Sequence record: KX377933
Length of the DNA: 64,000 nucleotides
Source of the DNA: Escherichia phage vB_EcoM_Alf5
Strand: one strand, 5' to 3'
The stretch's first letter is position 1, and each line of letters starts with the position of its first letter. Below, one piece after another: positions 35,601 to 54,833 of the stretch. The position numbers and the translations under genes were made by a program. Below the pieces are notes generated by a model. It did no database searches, was not told where the DNA came from, and saw only the letters and a program-made list of their open reading frames with translations.

Positions 35601-36710
35601 ATGTTGACTAATTCTGAAAAAAGCAGATTTTTACTTGCTGACCTGACTCGTGAAGTCCAGTCTATCCCAAACACTTATGGGTATATTTCCAACTTAGGTC
35701 TGTTCCGTTCAGCACCACAAACTCAGACAACCTTCCTGATGGACTTGACAGATTGGGATATCAGCTTGCTTGATGCTGTAGACCGCACTAGCCGTAAAGC
35801 TGAAACAAGTGCTCCTGAGCGTGTTCGTCAAATCAGCTTCCCAATGCTGTACTTCAAGGAAGTTGAAAGCATTACTCCTGATGAGATTCAGGGTGTACGT
35901 CAGCCAGGTACTGCAAATGAACTAACCACTGAAGCCATCGTTCGTGCTAAGAAGCTGATGAAGATTCGCACCAAGTTCGATATTACTCGTGAGTTCTTGT
36001 TCATGCAAGCTCTGAAGGGTAAAGTTATCGACGCTAATGGTGTTCTGTACGCAGACCTGTACAAACAGTTCGATGTAACTAAGAAGACTATCTACTTCGA
36101 CCTTGACAATCCGAACTCTGATATTGATGCTCACATCGAAGACCTACGTATGCACATGGAAGACGAAGCTAAGACTGGTACTGTAATCAACGGTGAAGAG
36201 ATTCACGTAGTTGTTGACAGAACTTTCTTCAGTAAACTTACCAAGCATCCGAAGATTCGTGACGCATACCTTGCACAGCAGACTCCGCTGGCATGGCAAC
36301 AGATTACTGGCTCTCTGAGAACTGGTGGTTCTGATGGTGTTCAGGCTCATATGAACACGTTCTACTACGGTGGTGTTAAGTTTGTCCAGTACAACGGTAA
36401 GTTCAAAGACAAGCGCGGCAAGACCCATACTCTGGTTAGCATCGATGGTGTTACTCAGGATGGAACTGTAGGTGTAGGGCACGCTTTCCCTAACGTTTCT
36501 ATGCTTGGTGAAGCAAACAACATCTTTGAAGTAGCTTACGCTCCATGTCCGAAGATGGGCTACGCAAATACTCTGGGTCAGGAGTTGTACGTATTTGAAT
36601 ACGAAAAAGACCGTGATGAAGGTATTGACTTTGAAGCTCACTCTTACATGCTGCCATACTGCACACGTCCTCAGTTGCTGGTAGATGTTCGTTCTGACGC
36701 TCAAGAATAA
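35601..36710 (+). CDS. major capsid protein
   Basis: 369-aa ORF after protease/scaffold; position and size typical; lambda E-like family suspected. Confidence 0.65.
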   Translation: MLTNSEKSRFLLADLTREVQSIPNTYGYISNLGLFRSAPQTQTTFLMDLTDWDISLLDAVDRTSRKAETSAPERVRQISFPMLYFKEVESITPDEIQGVRQPGTANELTTEAIVRAKKLMKIRTKFDITREFLFMQALKGKVIDANGVLYADLYKQFDVTKKTIYFDLDNPNSDIDAHIEDLRMHMEDEAKTGTVINGEEIHVVVDRTFFSKLTKHPKIRDAYLAQQTPLAWQQITGSLRTGGSDGVQAHMNTFYYGGVKFVQYNGKFKDKRGKTHTLVSIDGVTQDGTVGVGHAFPNVSMLGEANNIFEVAYAPCPKMGYANTLGQELYVFEYEKDRDEGIDFEAHSYMLPYCTRPQLLVDVRSDAQE

Positions 36711-36731
36711 TATTCTTAAGGAGGGTTATGA

Positions 36732-37181
36732 ATGTGTTATACAGGCGACCCAGCCAATAACCCTCTTGATAGAGTAAGAATCCTCTGCACAGACACTAAT
36801 AATGATGAAATTCTTATTGAGCAGTCTGTGCTAGAGTGGTTCTATCTAGAATCTGGAAAGGATGAAAAGAAAGCAGCCATCAAAGCTCTTAAATATTTAC
36901 TCTTTCAAGTAGCCAAGATGGGAGATGAGAAGGTTGGTGGTGTTTACTTACGTAACTCTTCCAGATTCAAGTCTCTGAAAGCTGTTTATGACGACCTTGT
37001 TAAAAGCTCTGTTTCAGGACTACCCTATGCAGGTGGTATTAATCAGTGTGATATTGACATGCGTCGTCAGAATCCTTGCTCTGTCAAGAAATACACAGAA
37101 TATGGTGATGCTGCCAGATACGAAGGCAGAGATTACTGCAACCGTGTTAATGGCGTATTTATTATCGAGCGAGATGAATAA
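36732..37181 (+). CDS. hypothetical head-tail joining protein
   Basis: 149-aa ORF in structural operon. Confidence 0.4.
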   Translation: MCYTGDPANNPLDRVRILCTDTNNDEILIEQSVLEWFYLESGKDEKKAAIKALKYLLFQVAKMGDEKVGGVYLRNSSRFKSLKAVYDDLVKSSVSGLPYAGGINQCDIDMRRQNPCSVKKYTEYGDAARYEGRDYCNRVNGVFIIERDE

Positions 37182-37663
37182 TGGTTAAAAGGGTTATTCA
37201 CCCCGCTAGAGCAAAATTAGTCGGGGCTATGAAGAACTTGCAAACGGCTAATGCTCAAGTTGGGTATTTTCAAGAACAAGGTCAACATAGCTCTGGTTTT
37301 TCTTATCCTGCTTTAATGTATTTACAAGAAGTTATTGGTGTTCCTTCAGCTTCTGGTAAAGTATATCGTAGGTTGTTTGAAATCACTATGATGCTAAACA
37401 AACAGACCTTGTTAGAGCAGACTAAGAAGAATCTATATAAGCAACTTAGCAGTCTCAACACAGACACTTCAAATACCTTAGAAGCATTTGCAAAGAATGC
37501 TCAAAAGGCAATTAAAAGAGGTTTTGGTAATTCTGCTATCCTCCCTCCTAACGCACCTTCCACAGTCAAGAAAAAAGGCTTTAACGCACCTCTTGTTGAG
37601 ACAGGTGACTTAAGAGATAACCTTGCTTATAAAATTTCTACTAAGAAGGGTATTAAGAAATGA
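37181..37663 (+). CDS. hypothetical head-tail joining protein
   Basis: 160-aa ORF. Confidence 0.4.
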   Translation: MVKRVIHPARAKLVGAMKNLQTANAQVGYFQEQGQHSSGFSYPALMYLQEVIGVPSASGKVYRRLFEITMMLNKQTLLEQTKKNLYKQLSSLNTDTSNTLEAFAKNAQKAIKRGFGNSAILPPNAPSTVKKKGFNAPLVETGDLRDNLAYKISTKKGIKK

Positions 37664-38061
37664 GACTCTTAAACAGACACAGCTTTGTAGTAAAGCGTAA
37701 AGTCTCTGAAGACGGTTATTATAATGATGATGGTGATTGGGTAGCTTCACAAGATATTGTAGAGGTTAACTGCAAAGGTAATATCCAGCCATATATCAAA
37801 GGTTCTGTAAAGAATGGTACACAGATTGCTTTACCGGAAGGTATCAGGCTTACCGATACAAGAATCCTGTATACCACATATAGACTTAGAACTTCAGATG
37901 ATGTAGAGTGGAATGAGTCTGATATTGTTATGATTGATGGTCATGAGTATGAAGTATTTATGACTATGGATTGGTCACAGCAATTAGCCCATACATCCCA
38001 TTATGAATATATCATTATTAGAAGGGATAAAATGAATGCAGTTAGAAACAGCAGAACTTGA
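37660..38061 (+). CDS. hypothetical structural protein
   Basis: 133-aa ORF. Confidence 0.4.
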   Translation: MRLLNRHSFVVKRKVSEDGYYNDDGDWVASQDIVEVNCKGNIQPYIKGSVKNGTQIALPEGIRLTDTRILYTTYRLRTSDDVEWNESDIVMIDGHEYEVFMTMDWSQQLAHTSHYEYIIIRRDKMNAVRNSRT

Positions 38062-38635
38062 AAAAGGTCTAGTTAGAACCTTAGTGGGTGTTATTGGTCA
38101 CAGACTAGCTCGTGATAAAAATAATAGACCAAATGTAATTAGAGCTTACCCTTCTGATAACTCAAATGACAAAGGTTTAAAACCTGACCAGCCATTTATT
38201 ACCGTATATTGTCAAGATGCTGCAACACCTTATGGTTGGGTTCTTGATAAGTTTGTTGAGGATGATGTAGTTTGCTACAGAATTGCTTTTCAGATTCCAG
38301 TATTAATTACGGTGAATGGTAAAGGTGCTCACAGTATTATGCTTGAGCTTAAACAACGATTAGAGATGAGTTCAGTCAGAGATTTAATCCTTGAAGAAAC
38401 AGGAGCTACAGTACTAGACACTGGAGCTATCCCGAATGACTATACTTATCTCAATACAGATTTCGAAAATTCTGCACCTCTTGTTGTAACTCTTGTAAAA
38501 AACTCAGTCCTGAAGGATGAACGTGGAAGTATTATTGAGCGTGTCATTGTTGATGGTGAGTTGGTTTATGAAGAAGGACAAGAGCCACCAGAATATACTA
38601 TCCATCTAGATGTAGACTCCAAAGGGGTAAAATAA
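38036..38635 (+). CDS. hypothetical structural protein
   Basis: 199-aa ORF. Confidence 0.4.
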   Translation: MQLETAELEKGLVRTLVGVIGHRLARDKNNRPNVIRAYPSDNSNDKGLKPDQPFITVYCQDAATPYGWVLDKFVEDDVVCYRIAFQIPVLITVNGKGAHSIMLELKQRLEMSSVRDLILEETGATVLDTGAIPNDYTYLNTDFENSAPLVVTLVKNSVLKDERGSIIERVIVDGELVYEEGQEPPEYTIHLDVDSKGVK

Positions 38636-39988
38636 ATGTGGAATCCAATTGTTAATGTAGATATTACATTGAACACCGCAGGAACTACAAGAGAAGGTTT
38701 TGGTTTGCCACTATTCTTAGCTTCAACAGATAACTTTGAAGAAAGAGTACGTGGTTACACTTCCTTAACTGAAGTTGCTGAAGATTTCGATGAGAATACT
38801 GCTGCATATAAGGCTGCTAAACAACTTTGGAGTCAGACTCCTAAAGTAACTCAGCTTTATATCGGTAGACGCGCTATGCAGTACACTGTATCAATTCCTG
38901 ATGCCGTTACCGAAAGTACAGACTACTCAATTACTGTAGCTGTTGGCGGTGGAATTTCTCAACCATACCAGTACACAGCACAAGATTCAGACACTGCTGA
39001 GGTAGTGTTGCAACAGTTTAAAACACAGATTGAAGCTGACCCAACAATCAAAGATAAGGTTTCTGTGAATGTAACTGGTAGCAATGGCTCTGCCACAATG
39101 ATTATTACCAAAGCTGGTGATAATGACTTTGTGAAAGTAACAACCACAGCACAGACTGTATATATTGCAAGTACAACTGCTGATACAGCAGCAACTGCTC
39201 TGGCAGCTATCGAAGCTTACTCTACTGACTGGTATTTCATTGCAGCAGAAGACAGAACTCAACAGTTTGTCTTAGCAATGGCTTCTGAGATTCAGGCTCG
39301 TAAGAAAATCTTCTTTACGGCTAACTCCGATGTAACAGCCCTACAAGGTACAGAATTAGCCAGTGCAAATGATGTTCCAGCACAGCTTGCTAAGAATATG
39401 TACACTCGTACAGTTTGCTTGTGGCATCACGCAGCAGCAGAAGATTATCCAGAGATGGCATACATTGCTTATGGTGCTCCATATGATGCAGGTTCAATTG
39501 CTTGGGGTAATGCTCAGTTAACTGGTGTAGCAGCTTCTCTACAACCATCTAATCAGAGACCTCTGACAAGTATTCAGAAGTCTGCTTTAGATGTACGTCA
39601 CTGTAACTTTATTGACCTTGATGGCGGTGTTCCAGTGGTTCGTAGAGGGATTACTTCTGGTGGGGAATGGATTGATATCGTCCGTGGTGTTGACTGGTTA
39701 GAATCAGACCTGAAAACTTCTCTGAGAGACTTGCTAATTAACCAGAAGGGTGGTAAGATTACTTATGATGATACTGGTATTACCCGTATTCGTCAAGTCA
39801 TTGAAACCTCTCTGCAAAGAGCAGTCAACAGAAACTTCCTGTCATCTTACACAGTTAATGTTCCTAAAGCCTCTCAAGTTGCTTTAGCAGACAAGAAAGC
39901 GCGTATCCTGAAAGACGTTACCTTCGCAGGTATCTTAGCAGGGGCTATCTTGGATGTTGACTTGAAAGGTACAGTGGCTTACGAATAA
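38636..39988 (+). CDS. tail sheath protein
   Basis: 450-aa ORF immediately upstream of tube-sized ORF, chaperones and tape measure. Confidence 0.65.
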   Translation: MWNPIVNVDITLNTAGTTREGFGLPLFLASTDNFEERVRGYTSLTEVAEDFDENTAAYKAAKQLWSQTPKVTQLYIGRRAMQYTVSIPDAVTESTDYSITVAVGGGISQPYQYTAQDSDTAEVVLQQFKTQIEADPTIKDKVSVNVTGSNGSATMIITKAGDNDFVKVTTTAQTVYIASTTADTAATALAAIEAYSTDWYFIAAEDRTQQFVLAMASEIQARKKIFFTANSDVTALQGTELASANDVPAQLAKNMYTRTVCLWHHAAAEDYPEMAYIAYGAPYDAGSIAWGNAQLTGVAASLQPSNQRPLTSIQKSALDVRHCNFIDLDGGVPVVRRGITSGGEWIDIVRGVDWLESDLKTSLRDLLINQKGGKITYDDTGITRIRQVIETSLQRAVNRNFLSSYTVNVPKASQVALADKKARILKDVTFAGILAGAILDVDLKGTVAYE

Positions 39989-40003
39989 TAGAGGTAAATT
40001 GGA

Positions 40004-40450
40004 ATGGCTATGTATCAGCAATATTCCCCTAAAGACGTTGTATGTAGCTGGAACGGCATTGCTATTGAAGGCTTTGCTCCAGACTCATTCTTGCGTCTAC
40101 AGAGAACATCACCACTTGTGACACCAGTTGTTGGTGCAGGTGGTCAGGTTGCTCTGACACGAAATGCAGACAAGACAGGTACTATTGAGATTGAGTTAAT
40201 GCAGACTTCTCTCTCTAACCAGATGCTTTCTGCAATTCAAGCTAAACAAGACAATATGGAACTTGAAGAAGATATCTCTTCTAACTTCGTAATCTACGAC
40301 CCATCAGGCTCTGTTCTGGCAACTGGTATCAACGCTTGGTTGCAGGAGTTACCACAGATTGAACTTGGTCGTGACCAGAACTCTAAAACTTGGATTTTTG
40401 GTTGTGAGAAGCTAGACTACACTTCTACAATTCCAGCGTCAAGTGTTTAA
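40004..40450 (+). CDS. tail tube protein
   Basis: 148-aa ORF after sheath, followed by terminator. Confidence 0.6.
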   Translation: MAMYQQYSPKDVVCSWNGIAIEGFAPDSFLRLQRTSPLVTPVVGAGGQVALTRNADKTGTIEIELMQTSLSNQMLSAIQAKQDNMELEEDISSNFVIYDPSGSVLATGINAWLQELPQIELGRDQNSKTWIFGCEKLDYTSTIPASSV

Positions 40451-40462
40451 TAAATCCTATAA

Positions 40463-40496
40463 GGGGGAGACTTTAAAAGGTCTTCCCCTTTTTTGT
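40463..40496 (+). terminator. Rho-independent terminator after tail tube
   Basis: GGGGAGAC...GTCTTCCCC hairpin followed by TTTTTTG. Confidence 0.55.
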
Positions 40497-40523
40497 TTCT
40501 TTTAAAAGTATTAAGGAATCACA

Positions 40524-40922
40524 ATGAAAACAGAATCTAGAGTAATTAATGGTAAGAAAGTAAATATCGTTCTGCTTGGGGCAAGAGATGGTATTAAGAT
40601 GTCTATGAAGTTGGGTAAGATTGTTGTCCCAACCTTTGCACAGATGCTATCAAGTCTGACTGACAAGGGTAAGAAAGAAGCTCCAATGGTTCCATTTAAA
40701 GAACTTGTTGAAGCTTGTTTTGACAGAATTGAAGAAATTAACCTTGAAGAGATGGCTACCCTGCTGTTTCAAGGGGCAACTGTTGATGACTTCCCACTTA
40801 ATATTGATACGTACTTCCAAGCAAACTACGGTGAGTTTATTGATTACTTAGCATTTGCGCTGGAGGCAAACTTCGGAAGTTTTTTCGAAGCAAGCATTTT
40901 CAAAAGCCTAACTTCTCAGTAA
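40524..40922 (+). CDS. tail assembly chaperone
   Basis: 132-aa ORF directly upstream of tape measure; slippery TTTTTTC near 3' end. Confidence 0.45.
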   Translation: MKTESRVINGKKVNIVLLGARDGIKMSMKLGKIVVPTFAQMLSSLTDKGKKEAPMVPFKELVEACFDRIEEINLEEMATLLFQGATVDDFPLNIDTYFQANYGEFIDYLAFALEANFGSFFEASIFKSLTSQ

Positions 40923-40924
40923 AC

Positions 40925-41163
40925 ATGGGTAACACTCTACAGACACCACTAACTGATGCTGCTGTAGAGGCAACCTATGAAGAAGCAGACGAGATGAAAT
41001 TTGTGCTTGCTATTTATGGTATGGAAGGGTGTAAAGAAACACTTGACCAACTCTTTGCTATGACATTCTCTGATTTATTATCATTGAGACAATTTCTTGA
41101 GATTCAGAGGTCGTATAAAGAGGAAATTGCTTACAACGAACTTAGAAGAGCAGGAAAAATGTA

Positions 41164-41164
<1 letters not shown>
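40925..41164 (+). CDS. tail assembly chaperone, -1 frame partner
   Basis: 79-aa ORF in the -1 frame relative to 40524-40922; -1 frame open from 40844. Confidence 0.4.
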
Positions 41165-49165
<8,001 letters not shown>

Positions 49166-49167
49166 TA

Positions 49168-50316
49168 ATGGCAGTAGGTGAAATTCAAATTAGTGCCTTG
49201 CCTCAAGCAGCCTTACCAATTGACCTTAGTGATATCTTCCATCTTAAACAGGGTATCGAGGATAAGAGATGTACTCTTGAGCAATTACTTGCTCCACACT
49301 CAAGCCTAAGAAATAACCCACATGGTGTTACTAAGACACAAATTGGTTTAGATAACGTTATTAATGCTCTCCAGTTAGTTGCTGAAAATAACTTATCAGA
49401 TATTGTTAATGTAGCTGAGGCAAGAGCAAATCTACAGATTATGTCTTCAGAAGAGGTTAATAATCTTATTCAACAGCATATTGATGATAAGAGCAACCCA
49501 CACAATACTACTAAGGCACAGGTTGGGTTAAGCAATGTTCAGAACTGGGTGACATCTAACCTTTATAATGAGGATGCAGATAAGTATGCTACAGCAAGAG
49601 CAGTAAATAACTTGTACAAGGCTGTTCAGGCTTCTTATCCAGTAGGTACTATCCATCTCTCTATGAATCCTGCAAACCCTTCTACATATTTAATTTGTGG
49701 AGGTACTTGGGAGTTAGTTTCAAAAGGAAGAGCACTTGTAGGTTATGATAGTGCTTCTAGGCCAGTTGGTTCAACGTTTGGTTCGCAGACTACTGCACTG
49801 ACAGTTAACAACATTCCTGCACATACTCACTCAGTATACGTCACTGGTGGTGGTCACACACACGGTGCAACGGCCTCTATCAGTGCTTTTGACTACGGTA
49901 CTAAAGGGACTACAACGTTTGACTATGGAACAAAGACTGTATCTACTTATGACTATGGTAACAGAACAACCAGTGCTGCTGGTTTAACACAAACAACATT
50001 CATTAATCGTGGTTATGCTGATGGTGGTTGGAGAGGTTTATCAGTTGAGGGGGCAAGCTATGACCCAAGAGCTACGCTGACAACAGCTAACAACCACACT
50101 CACTCTGTAGCAATTGGTGCGCATAATCACACAGTGGGGATTGGTGCTCACAGCCATTCTGTTGCAATTGGTTCCCACAACCACTCAGCAACAGTAACAG
50201 TAACCGGAGCAGGTGAGCATTCGCACTCTGGCACAACTGGCACAACTGGTTCTGGTCAAGCGTTTAGCGTTGAACAGCCATCCTTCGTATTGTATGTATG
50301 GCAGAGAACAGCTTAA
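49168..50316 (+). CDS. tail fiber protein with His-box tip
   Basis: NPHGVTKTQIGLDNV fiber repeats; C-terminal HTHS/HNHT/HSHS repeats and FDYGTK motifs. Confidence 0.65.
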   Translation: MAVGEIQISALPQAALPIDLSDIFHLKQGIEDKRCTLEQLLAPHSSLRNNPHGVTKTQIGLDNVINALQLVAENNLSDIVNVAEARANLQIMSSEEVNNLIQQHIDDKSNPHNTTKAQVGLSNVQNWVTSNLYNEDADKYATARAVNNLYKAVQASYPVGTIHLSMNPANPSTYLICGGTWELVSKGRALVGYDSASRPVGSTFGSQTTALTVNNIPAHTHSVYVTGGGHTHGATASISAFDYGTKGTTTFDYGTKTVSTYDYGNRTTSAAGLTQTTFINRGYADGGWRGLSVEGASYDPRATLTTANNHTHSVAIGAHNHTVGIGAHSHSVAIGSHNHSATVTVTGAGEHSHSGTTGTTGSGQAFSVEQPSFVLYVWQRTA

Positions 50317-50326
50317 TTTCTTTACA

Positions 50327-50346
50327 GGGGCTGTATAGCCCCTTTT
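50327..50346 (+). terminator. Rho-independent terminator between fiber genes
   Basis: GGGGCT-gtat-AGCCCC hairpin followed by TTTT. Confidence 0.5.
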
Positions 50347-50362
50347 AAGAGGAAAATTTATA

Positions 50363-52696
50363 ATGGCAGATTACAAGTTGAGTGAATTAAACTCAATTGA
50401 TACAATTCGTTCAGACGACCTCCTTCATGTCAGGGTTAAAAAGAGACCTGAAATGCTGGGTGATGAAGACCGTCGAATGACCTATCAAGACTTCTTAGCG
50501 TCTTTTAAACTAGAAAGATTTGTTCAGATTGCTGGTAGCACTATGACGGGTGACTTAGGGATTGTTAAGTTACTTTATGGTGGTAAGGCAGTCTTTGACC
50601 CTACAGGCTCTTCTGAGATTACTATGGGGGATGTTTTAAAGACTTTTAAAATTAATGCAAATGGTCTTAAACTAACTATTGCAGATGCTTCAAGGTCTGC
50701 AACTGTTTATCATACTCTTAATAAGCCAAGCCCTAATGAACTTGGGATGAGAACTAATGCTGAGAATGATGCTAGATATGCTAGATTAGAAGTACTAAAT
50801 ACTTTTAAGTCTAGGCAGACAATTGTAGCAGATGGTCAAGCACTGTTGTTAAGAAGTGCAACTGATAGCCCTTCTCTCTATGTTAGAGGTCAAGACCCAT
50901 CTGGAACTAATAAATGGTATGTTGGATTTAATACTTCAAATGTTCTTGGATTATCAAATGAAGCCTCTGGCACGACATTGACATTGGATTCAGCAGGTAT
51001 TAATTCTAATAAGAATTTAAATATCACTGGTCAGGTTAAACCTTCAGACTGGTCTAACCTAGATGATAGATACTTTACCCAAACATTGGCTAATCAAAGA
51101 TTTGCACAGTTGGCTGGTAATAACACTTTTAACGGCACTAATACATTCAACCAACTGAGTGTTTTCAAAAAAGATGGTGAAGCAATTAGGCTACAGAATG
51201 CCAATGCTGCACAACCATTGTACATTAAAGCAATTGATAGCACAGGTGTCAACAGATGGTACATTGGTAATAGTAACGAAGGTGATAACGTAGCTCTAGA
51301 AAACTACAAAACTAGTGGCAAGATTACTGTAGGGACAAGTGTTAATATCAATAAAACACTAACTGTAACTGGTCAAGTTCAACCTTCAGATTGGACTAAC
51401 ATTGACTCTAGATATATTCCGGCAGCAACATTAAGCACTCTTGCAAAAATTAATGCTAAGAATACTTTTTCTCAAGGTCAGATTATTAAGGCTGATGGAG
51501 AGGGTATTAGGCTTCAAGGGGTAAATGATACTGGTGGTTTGTTCTTGCAAGGTTATACTTCTGATGGTGCTAAAAAGTGGTTTATGGGTACTAATGCTTC
51601 AGGAAACTTTACTATCAGGGAGATGGTGTTAGGTACTGAACTGTCTCTTAGAGAGAACTATATCCAGTTTAATAAGAATGTAACAATCACTGGGCAGGTT
51701 CAACCATCAGACTGGACTAACCTAGATAAAAGGTACTATACCGGTTCAGCATCAAACGCCAGATACATGTATGCAGGAAAAACTGGTGAAGGTGATAATG
51801 ATGCTGCTATTGCTTGGGATGCTAAGACAGGGCTGTATAATGTCAAGACTGGAGCTACATCATCAAATCTTTTACTTCAGTTATATCAGGGGTCTGAGTC
51901 ATCTACACCGTCTGCGCAGCTAAGATTTAAATGGGCGAATGGTGGTATGTGGTATAGGACATCAAGAGATGGTGTTGGCTTTGAGAAAAGTTGGGCTATG
52001 GTGTACACAACTGCACAGAAGCCAACCCCTTCAGATATTGGTGCATACACTAAAGCAGAAACTGACCAGAAGATTGCACAGGCAGTAAGTGATTCAACAG
52101 ACCTTAATAAAATCTACCCTGTTGGTATTGTAACGTGGTTTAACAGTAACGTTAACCCTAATACAGCACTGCCTGGTCTAACTTGGACGTACCTTAACAA
52201 TGGTGTAGGTAGAACAATCAGGATTGCAGCAGCTAACGGTTCAGATGTTGCTACAACTGGTGGTTCAGATTCTGTAACGTTATCTGTTGGTAACTTACCT
52301 TCACACACACACAGTTTTTCTGCTACTACTTCGTCTTTTGACTACGGAACAAAAAACACTAACACGACTGGTGCTCACACACACTCTGTAAGTGGTTCTA
52401 CTTCATCTGCTGGTAACCACAGCCACTCTATTTCGTGGATTGGTCAGAACTCACAGCACTATTCCGGTGGTGGTGGTGGTTACATTGGTACAGGGCCGGG
52501 TTACACCGATGCTAACGGTGCTCACACCCACTCTGTAAGTGGTACTGCCGCTTCTGCTGGTAACCATGCTCACAGTGTTGGTATTGGTGCTCACAGTCAT
52601 ACAGTTAGTGGTAACACTGGTGGTACAGGTTCTGGTTCAGCATTTAGTGTTACTAACCAGTTCTATAAGTTAATGGCTTGGGTGAGGACTGCTTAA
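50363..52696 (+). CDS. long tail fiber protein with His-box tip
   Basis: 777 aa; repeated [12 protein letters not shown] modules; C-terminus with HTHS repeats homologous to the 382-aa fiber. Confidence 0.7.
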   Translation: MADYKLSELNSIDTIRSDDLLHVRVKKRPEMLGDEDRRMTYQDFLASFKLERFVQIAGSTMTGDLGIVKLLYGGKAVFDPTGSSEITMGDVLKTFKINANGLKLTIADASRSATVYHTLNKPSPNELGMRTNAENDARYARLEVLNTFKSRQTIVADGQALLLRSATDSPSLYVRGQDPSGTNKWYVGFNTSNVLGLSNEASGTTLTLDSAGINSNKNLNITGQVKPSDWSNLDDRYFTQTLANQRFAQLAGNNTFNGTNTFNQLSVFKKDGEAIRLQNANAAQPLYIKAIDSTGVNRWYIGNSNEGDNVALENYKTSGKITVGTSVNINKTLTVTGQVQPSDWTNIDSRYIPAATLSTLAKINAKNTFSQGQIIKADGEGIRLQGVNDTGGLFLQGYTSDGAKKWFMGTNASGNFTIREMVLGTELSLRENYIQFNKNVTITGQVQPSDWTNLDKRYYTGSASNARYMYAGKTGEGDNDAAIAWDAKTGLYNVKTGATSSNLLLQLYQGSESSTPSAQLRFKWANGGMWYRTSRDGVGFEKSWAMVYTTAQKPTPSDIGAYTKAETDQKIAQAVSDSTDLNKIYPVGIVTWFNSNVNPNTALPGLTWTYLNNGVGRTIRIAAANGSDVATTGGSDSVTLSVGNLPSHTHSFSATTSSFDYGTKNTNTTGAHTHSVSGSTSSAGNHSHSISWIGQNSQHYSGGGGGYIGTGPGYTDANGAHTHSVSGTAASAGNHAHSVGIGAHSHTVSGNTGGTGSGSAFSVTNQFYKLMAWVRTA

Positions 52697-52775
52697 TCCC
52701 TTATTGACTGATTGTTAAGATGGTGTTAATATTCTTTATAAGTATTCTCACCATCTTGGCTGATGAGGTGATTAA

Positions 52776-52970
52776 ATGCCTACAATCCTAGCAATTCTCC
52801 TAAAAAATCTAGGTAGTTTCTTCTGGAAACTCATTTTATCTCTTCTAAGTGAATACATGATTGAGAAAGTGTTCTTTAAGCTTGCAAGATACCTTGCGGG
52901 TAAGACAGACACGCCTATTGATGATGAATTCGTAGATAACTTAGAAAAAGCTTTTAAGGGGGAGAAATAA
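52776..52970 (+). CDS. small membrane protein (holin-like?)
   Basis: 64-aa ORF with N-terminal hydrophobic helix. Confidence 0.35.
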   Translation: MPTILAILLKNLGSFFWKLILSLLSEYMIEKVFFKLARYLAGKTDTPIDDEFVDNLEKAFKGEK

Positions 52971-53342
52971 ATGAAGTGGATAGAGGAAGCTTTTAAAAAT
53001 AATATTGGTGCAATTGTTGTTGGTATTTTTAGTGTTATTGGGATGTATACCACGAAGCAAGTTTCAAGTGGTAAGCAAGAGGTGTCTGTCACAACAAAAT
53101 TACAGCAGCTAGATAATTATAGCAAATCTAATTACTCAGCTATTCGTGATTTACAGTCTGACATAAGACTTATTCAGTTAGGGATGGAGAACCAGAAAGT
53201 TCAGTTAGAGAATGTTAAGGGTGAGAATGCAAAACTTACCAAAACTCTTGATAAATTCTCTGACAGTGTGAATAATCTGGCTCAATCAGTATCAGCCCTC
53301 CAAGCTATTACTGAAAAGAACACAAAGAATACTGAAAAATAA
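52971..53342 (+). CDS. membrane-anchored coiled-coil protein
   Basis: 123-aa ORF; N-terminal TM IGAIVVGIFSVIGMY then heptad-like region. Confidence 0.4.
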   Translation: MKWIEEAFKNNIGAIVVGIFSVIGMYTTKQVSSGKQEVSVTTKLQQLDNYSKSNYSAIRDLQSDIRLIQLGMENQKVQLENVKGENAKLTKTLDKFSDSVNNLAQSVSALQAITEKNTKNTEK

Positions 53343-53349
53343 AATTTAA

Positions 53350-53383
53350 GGCTCCTTTTTACGGGAGCCTTTTTTTTTTTTTT
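53350..53383. terminator. bidirectional terminator between convergent blocks
   Basis: GGCTCC...GGAGCC hairpin flanked by A-run upstream and 14-nt T-run downstream. Confidence 0.6.
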
Positions 53384-53386
53384 GTT

Positions 53387-54286
53387 TTACTTACCTACTG
53401 ACAGAGGTGCTTCAATCTTTCCTGCATGTTGGTAGTTGCTAATACCACCAATAAAATCACTTGCGGTAAGGTGTTTTAGGTCACTTATCGTGTTAAGCTG
53501 CACACCAATCTCAAAAGTAGGCGCATGGAACTCTTTATTGTTCATCAGTTCATAAACCTGCTTCATATGGTTCTGATAAATCTGAGTATCCCCAAAGACA
53601 CCTATCAAGTACCGTGGAGTATATCCAGTCATCTTGCAAAGTACTTCCAGAATAAAACCATAAGATGCAATGTTAAATGGAAGACCTAAAAAGGTGTCTA
53701 CAGAACGTTGATACCATTGTAAGTCAACTTCACCCTCGTTAGTGATATAAATCTGAAACAGAACATGACAAGGTGCTAAAGCCATCGAGTTGGCTGCAAT
53801 ATCTGCTGCATTCCAAGCATTAACAAGCATGTAACGGTCTGTGATATCACCTTTCATCTTCGTTACTAAGGTCTCTAACTGGTCTACAACACAACCGTTA
53901 TGACCTTCAAAGTTTCTCCACTGAACCCCGTAGATTCTACCACCTGCATCTTCTAACCAGTCTTGTTCAGAAGAATAGTTAGAGCTTAACCAACGTTTAA
54001 AATCATCTGACCAGATAGTCCAGCGTTCCCCATCATTTTCACCCCAAGTACGGTAGCGGAGTTCACCAAGTTTATTCTCACCATTCAGGAACCATAAAGC
54101 CTCCCCAATGACTTGCCGCGTAAACACCTGTTTAGATGTTAAGAGTGGGAAACCAGTTCTCATATCAAAACGAAATTGTGGTGGAGCAAATGCAGAGATA
54201 ACATCTCCAGTTCGTGTAGTACGCAGTTCACCAACTGATAAAACATGGTTCAGGATATTTTTGTAGCTTGTATCTGCTTGTGACAT
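53387..54286 (-). CDS. thyA: thymidylate synthase
   Basis: LAPCHVLFQIY and WYQRSVDTFLGLPFNIASYG match ThyA active-site and folate-binding motifs. Confidence 0.85.
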   Translation of the reverse strand: MSQADTSYKNILNHVLSVGELRTTRTGDVISAFAPPQFRFDMRTGFPLLTSKQVFTRQVIGEALWFLNGENKLGELRYRTWGENDGERWTIWSDDFKRWLSSNYSSEQDWLEDAGGRIYGVQWRNFEGHNGCVVDQLETLVTKMKGDITDRYMLVNAWNAADIAANSMALAPCHVLFQIYITNEGEVDLQWYQRSVDTFLGLPFNIASYGFILEVLCKMTGYTPRYLIGVFGDTQIYQNHMKQVYELMNNKEFHAPTFEIGVQLNTISDLKHLTASDFIGGISNYQHAGKIEAPLSVGK

Positions 54287-54287
54287 A

Positions 54288-54833
54288 TTAAAAGTGCCCT
54301 TTTACTTGTGGAACATAGATTTCAAAAGTTGCTTTACCATCCTCTGATGGTTTTGACTGTACCTTTGTAAACACACGGTTATCATACAGCTTCTCAAAGA
54401 AGTTTTCAAAAGGTAAATGCACAGTGGCCTCTTCAGTAACTTTATGGAAAACAGTATGGAACACCACACTAGCATACGGTAAAGCATTGACAAGGATACC
54501 TGCACCACCAATTACAAAGACATCTTCATCAATAGAGCTATCAAGATACTTCAAAAATGCTCCAAATGACTCTTTACTGGCTTTAGCATACATTACATCA
54601 TCTTTGCCAAAGTCTATGCCTAAGTATGGTACAGAATTTGTTAAGATGAGGTTTGCACGTTCTGGTAAAGGTTTACTACCCAGAGTCTTAAAAGTCTTAT
54701 TACCCATGACTACTAAGTTATTTTTAGTGAGTCTCTTAAACTCTTGCATGTCCTGTTTATGTCGAGGCCACGGCATACCAGTCGGTGTACCAAATTCACC
54801 GTTTTCACCACTTGCAAATATTAGTTTAATCAT
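54288..54833 (-). CDS. frd: dihydrofolate reductase
   Basis: MIKLIFA..GEFG..GMPW and VVMGNKTF motifs typical of DHFR; adjacent to thyA. Confidence 0.8.
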   Translation of the reverse strand: MIKLIFASGENGEFGTPTGMPWPRHKQDMQEFKRLTKNNLVVMGNKTFKTLGSKPLPERANLILTNSVPYLGIDFGKDDVMYAKASKESFGAFLKYLDSSIDEDVFVIGGAGILVNALPYASVVFHTVFHKVTEEATVHLPFENFFEKLYDNRVFTKVQSKPSEDGKATFEIYVPQVKGHF

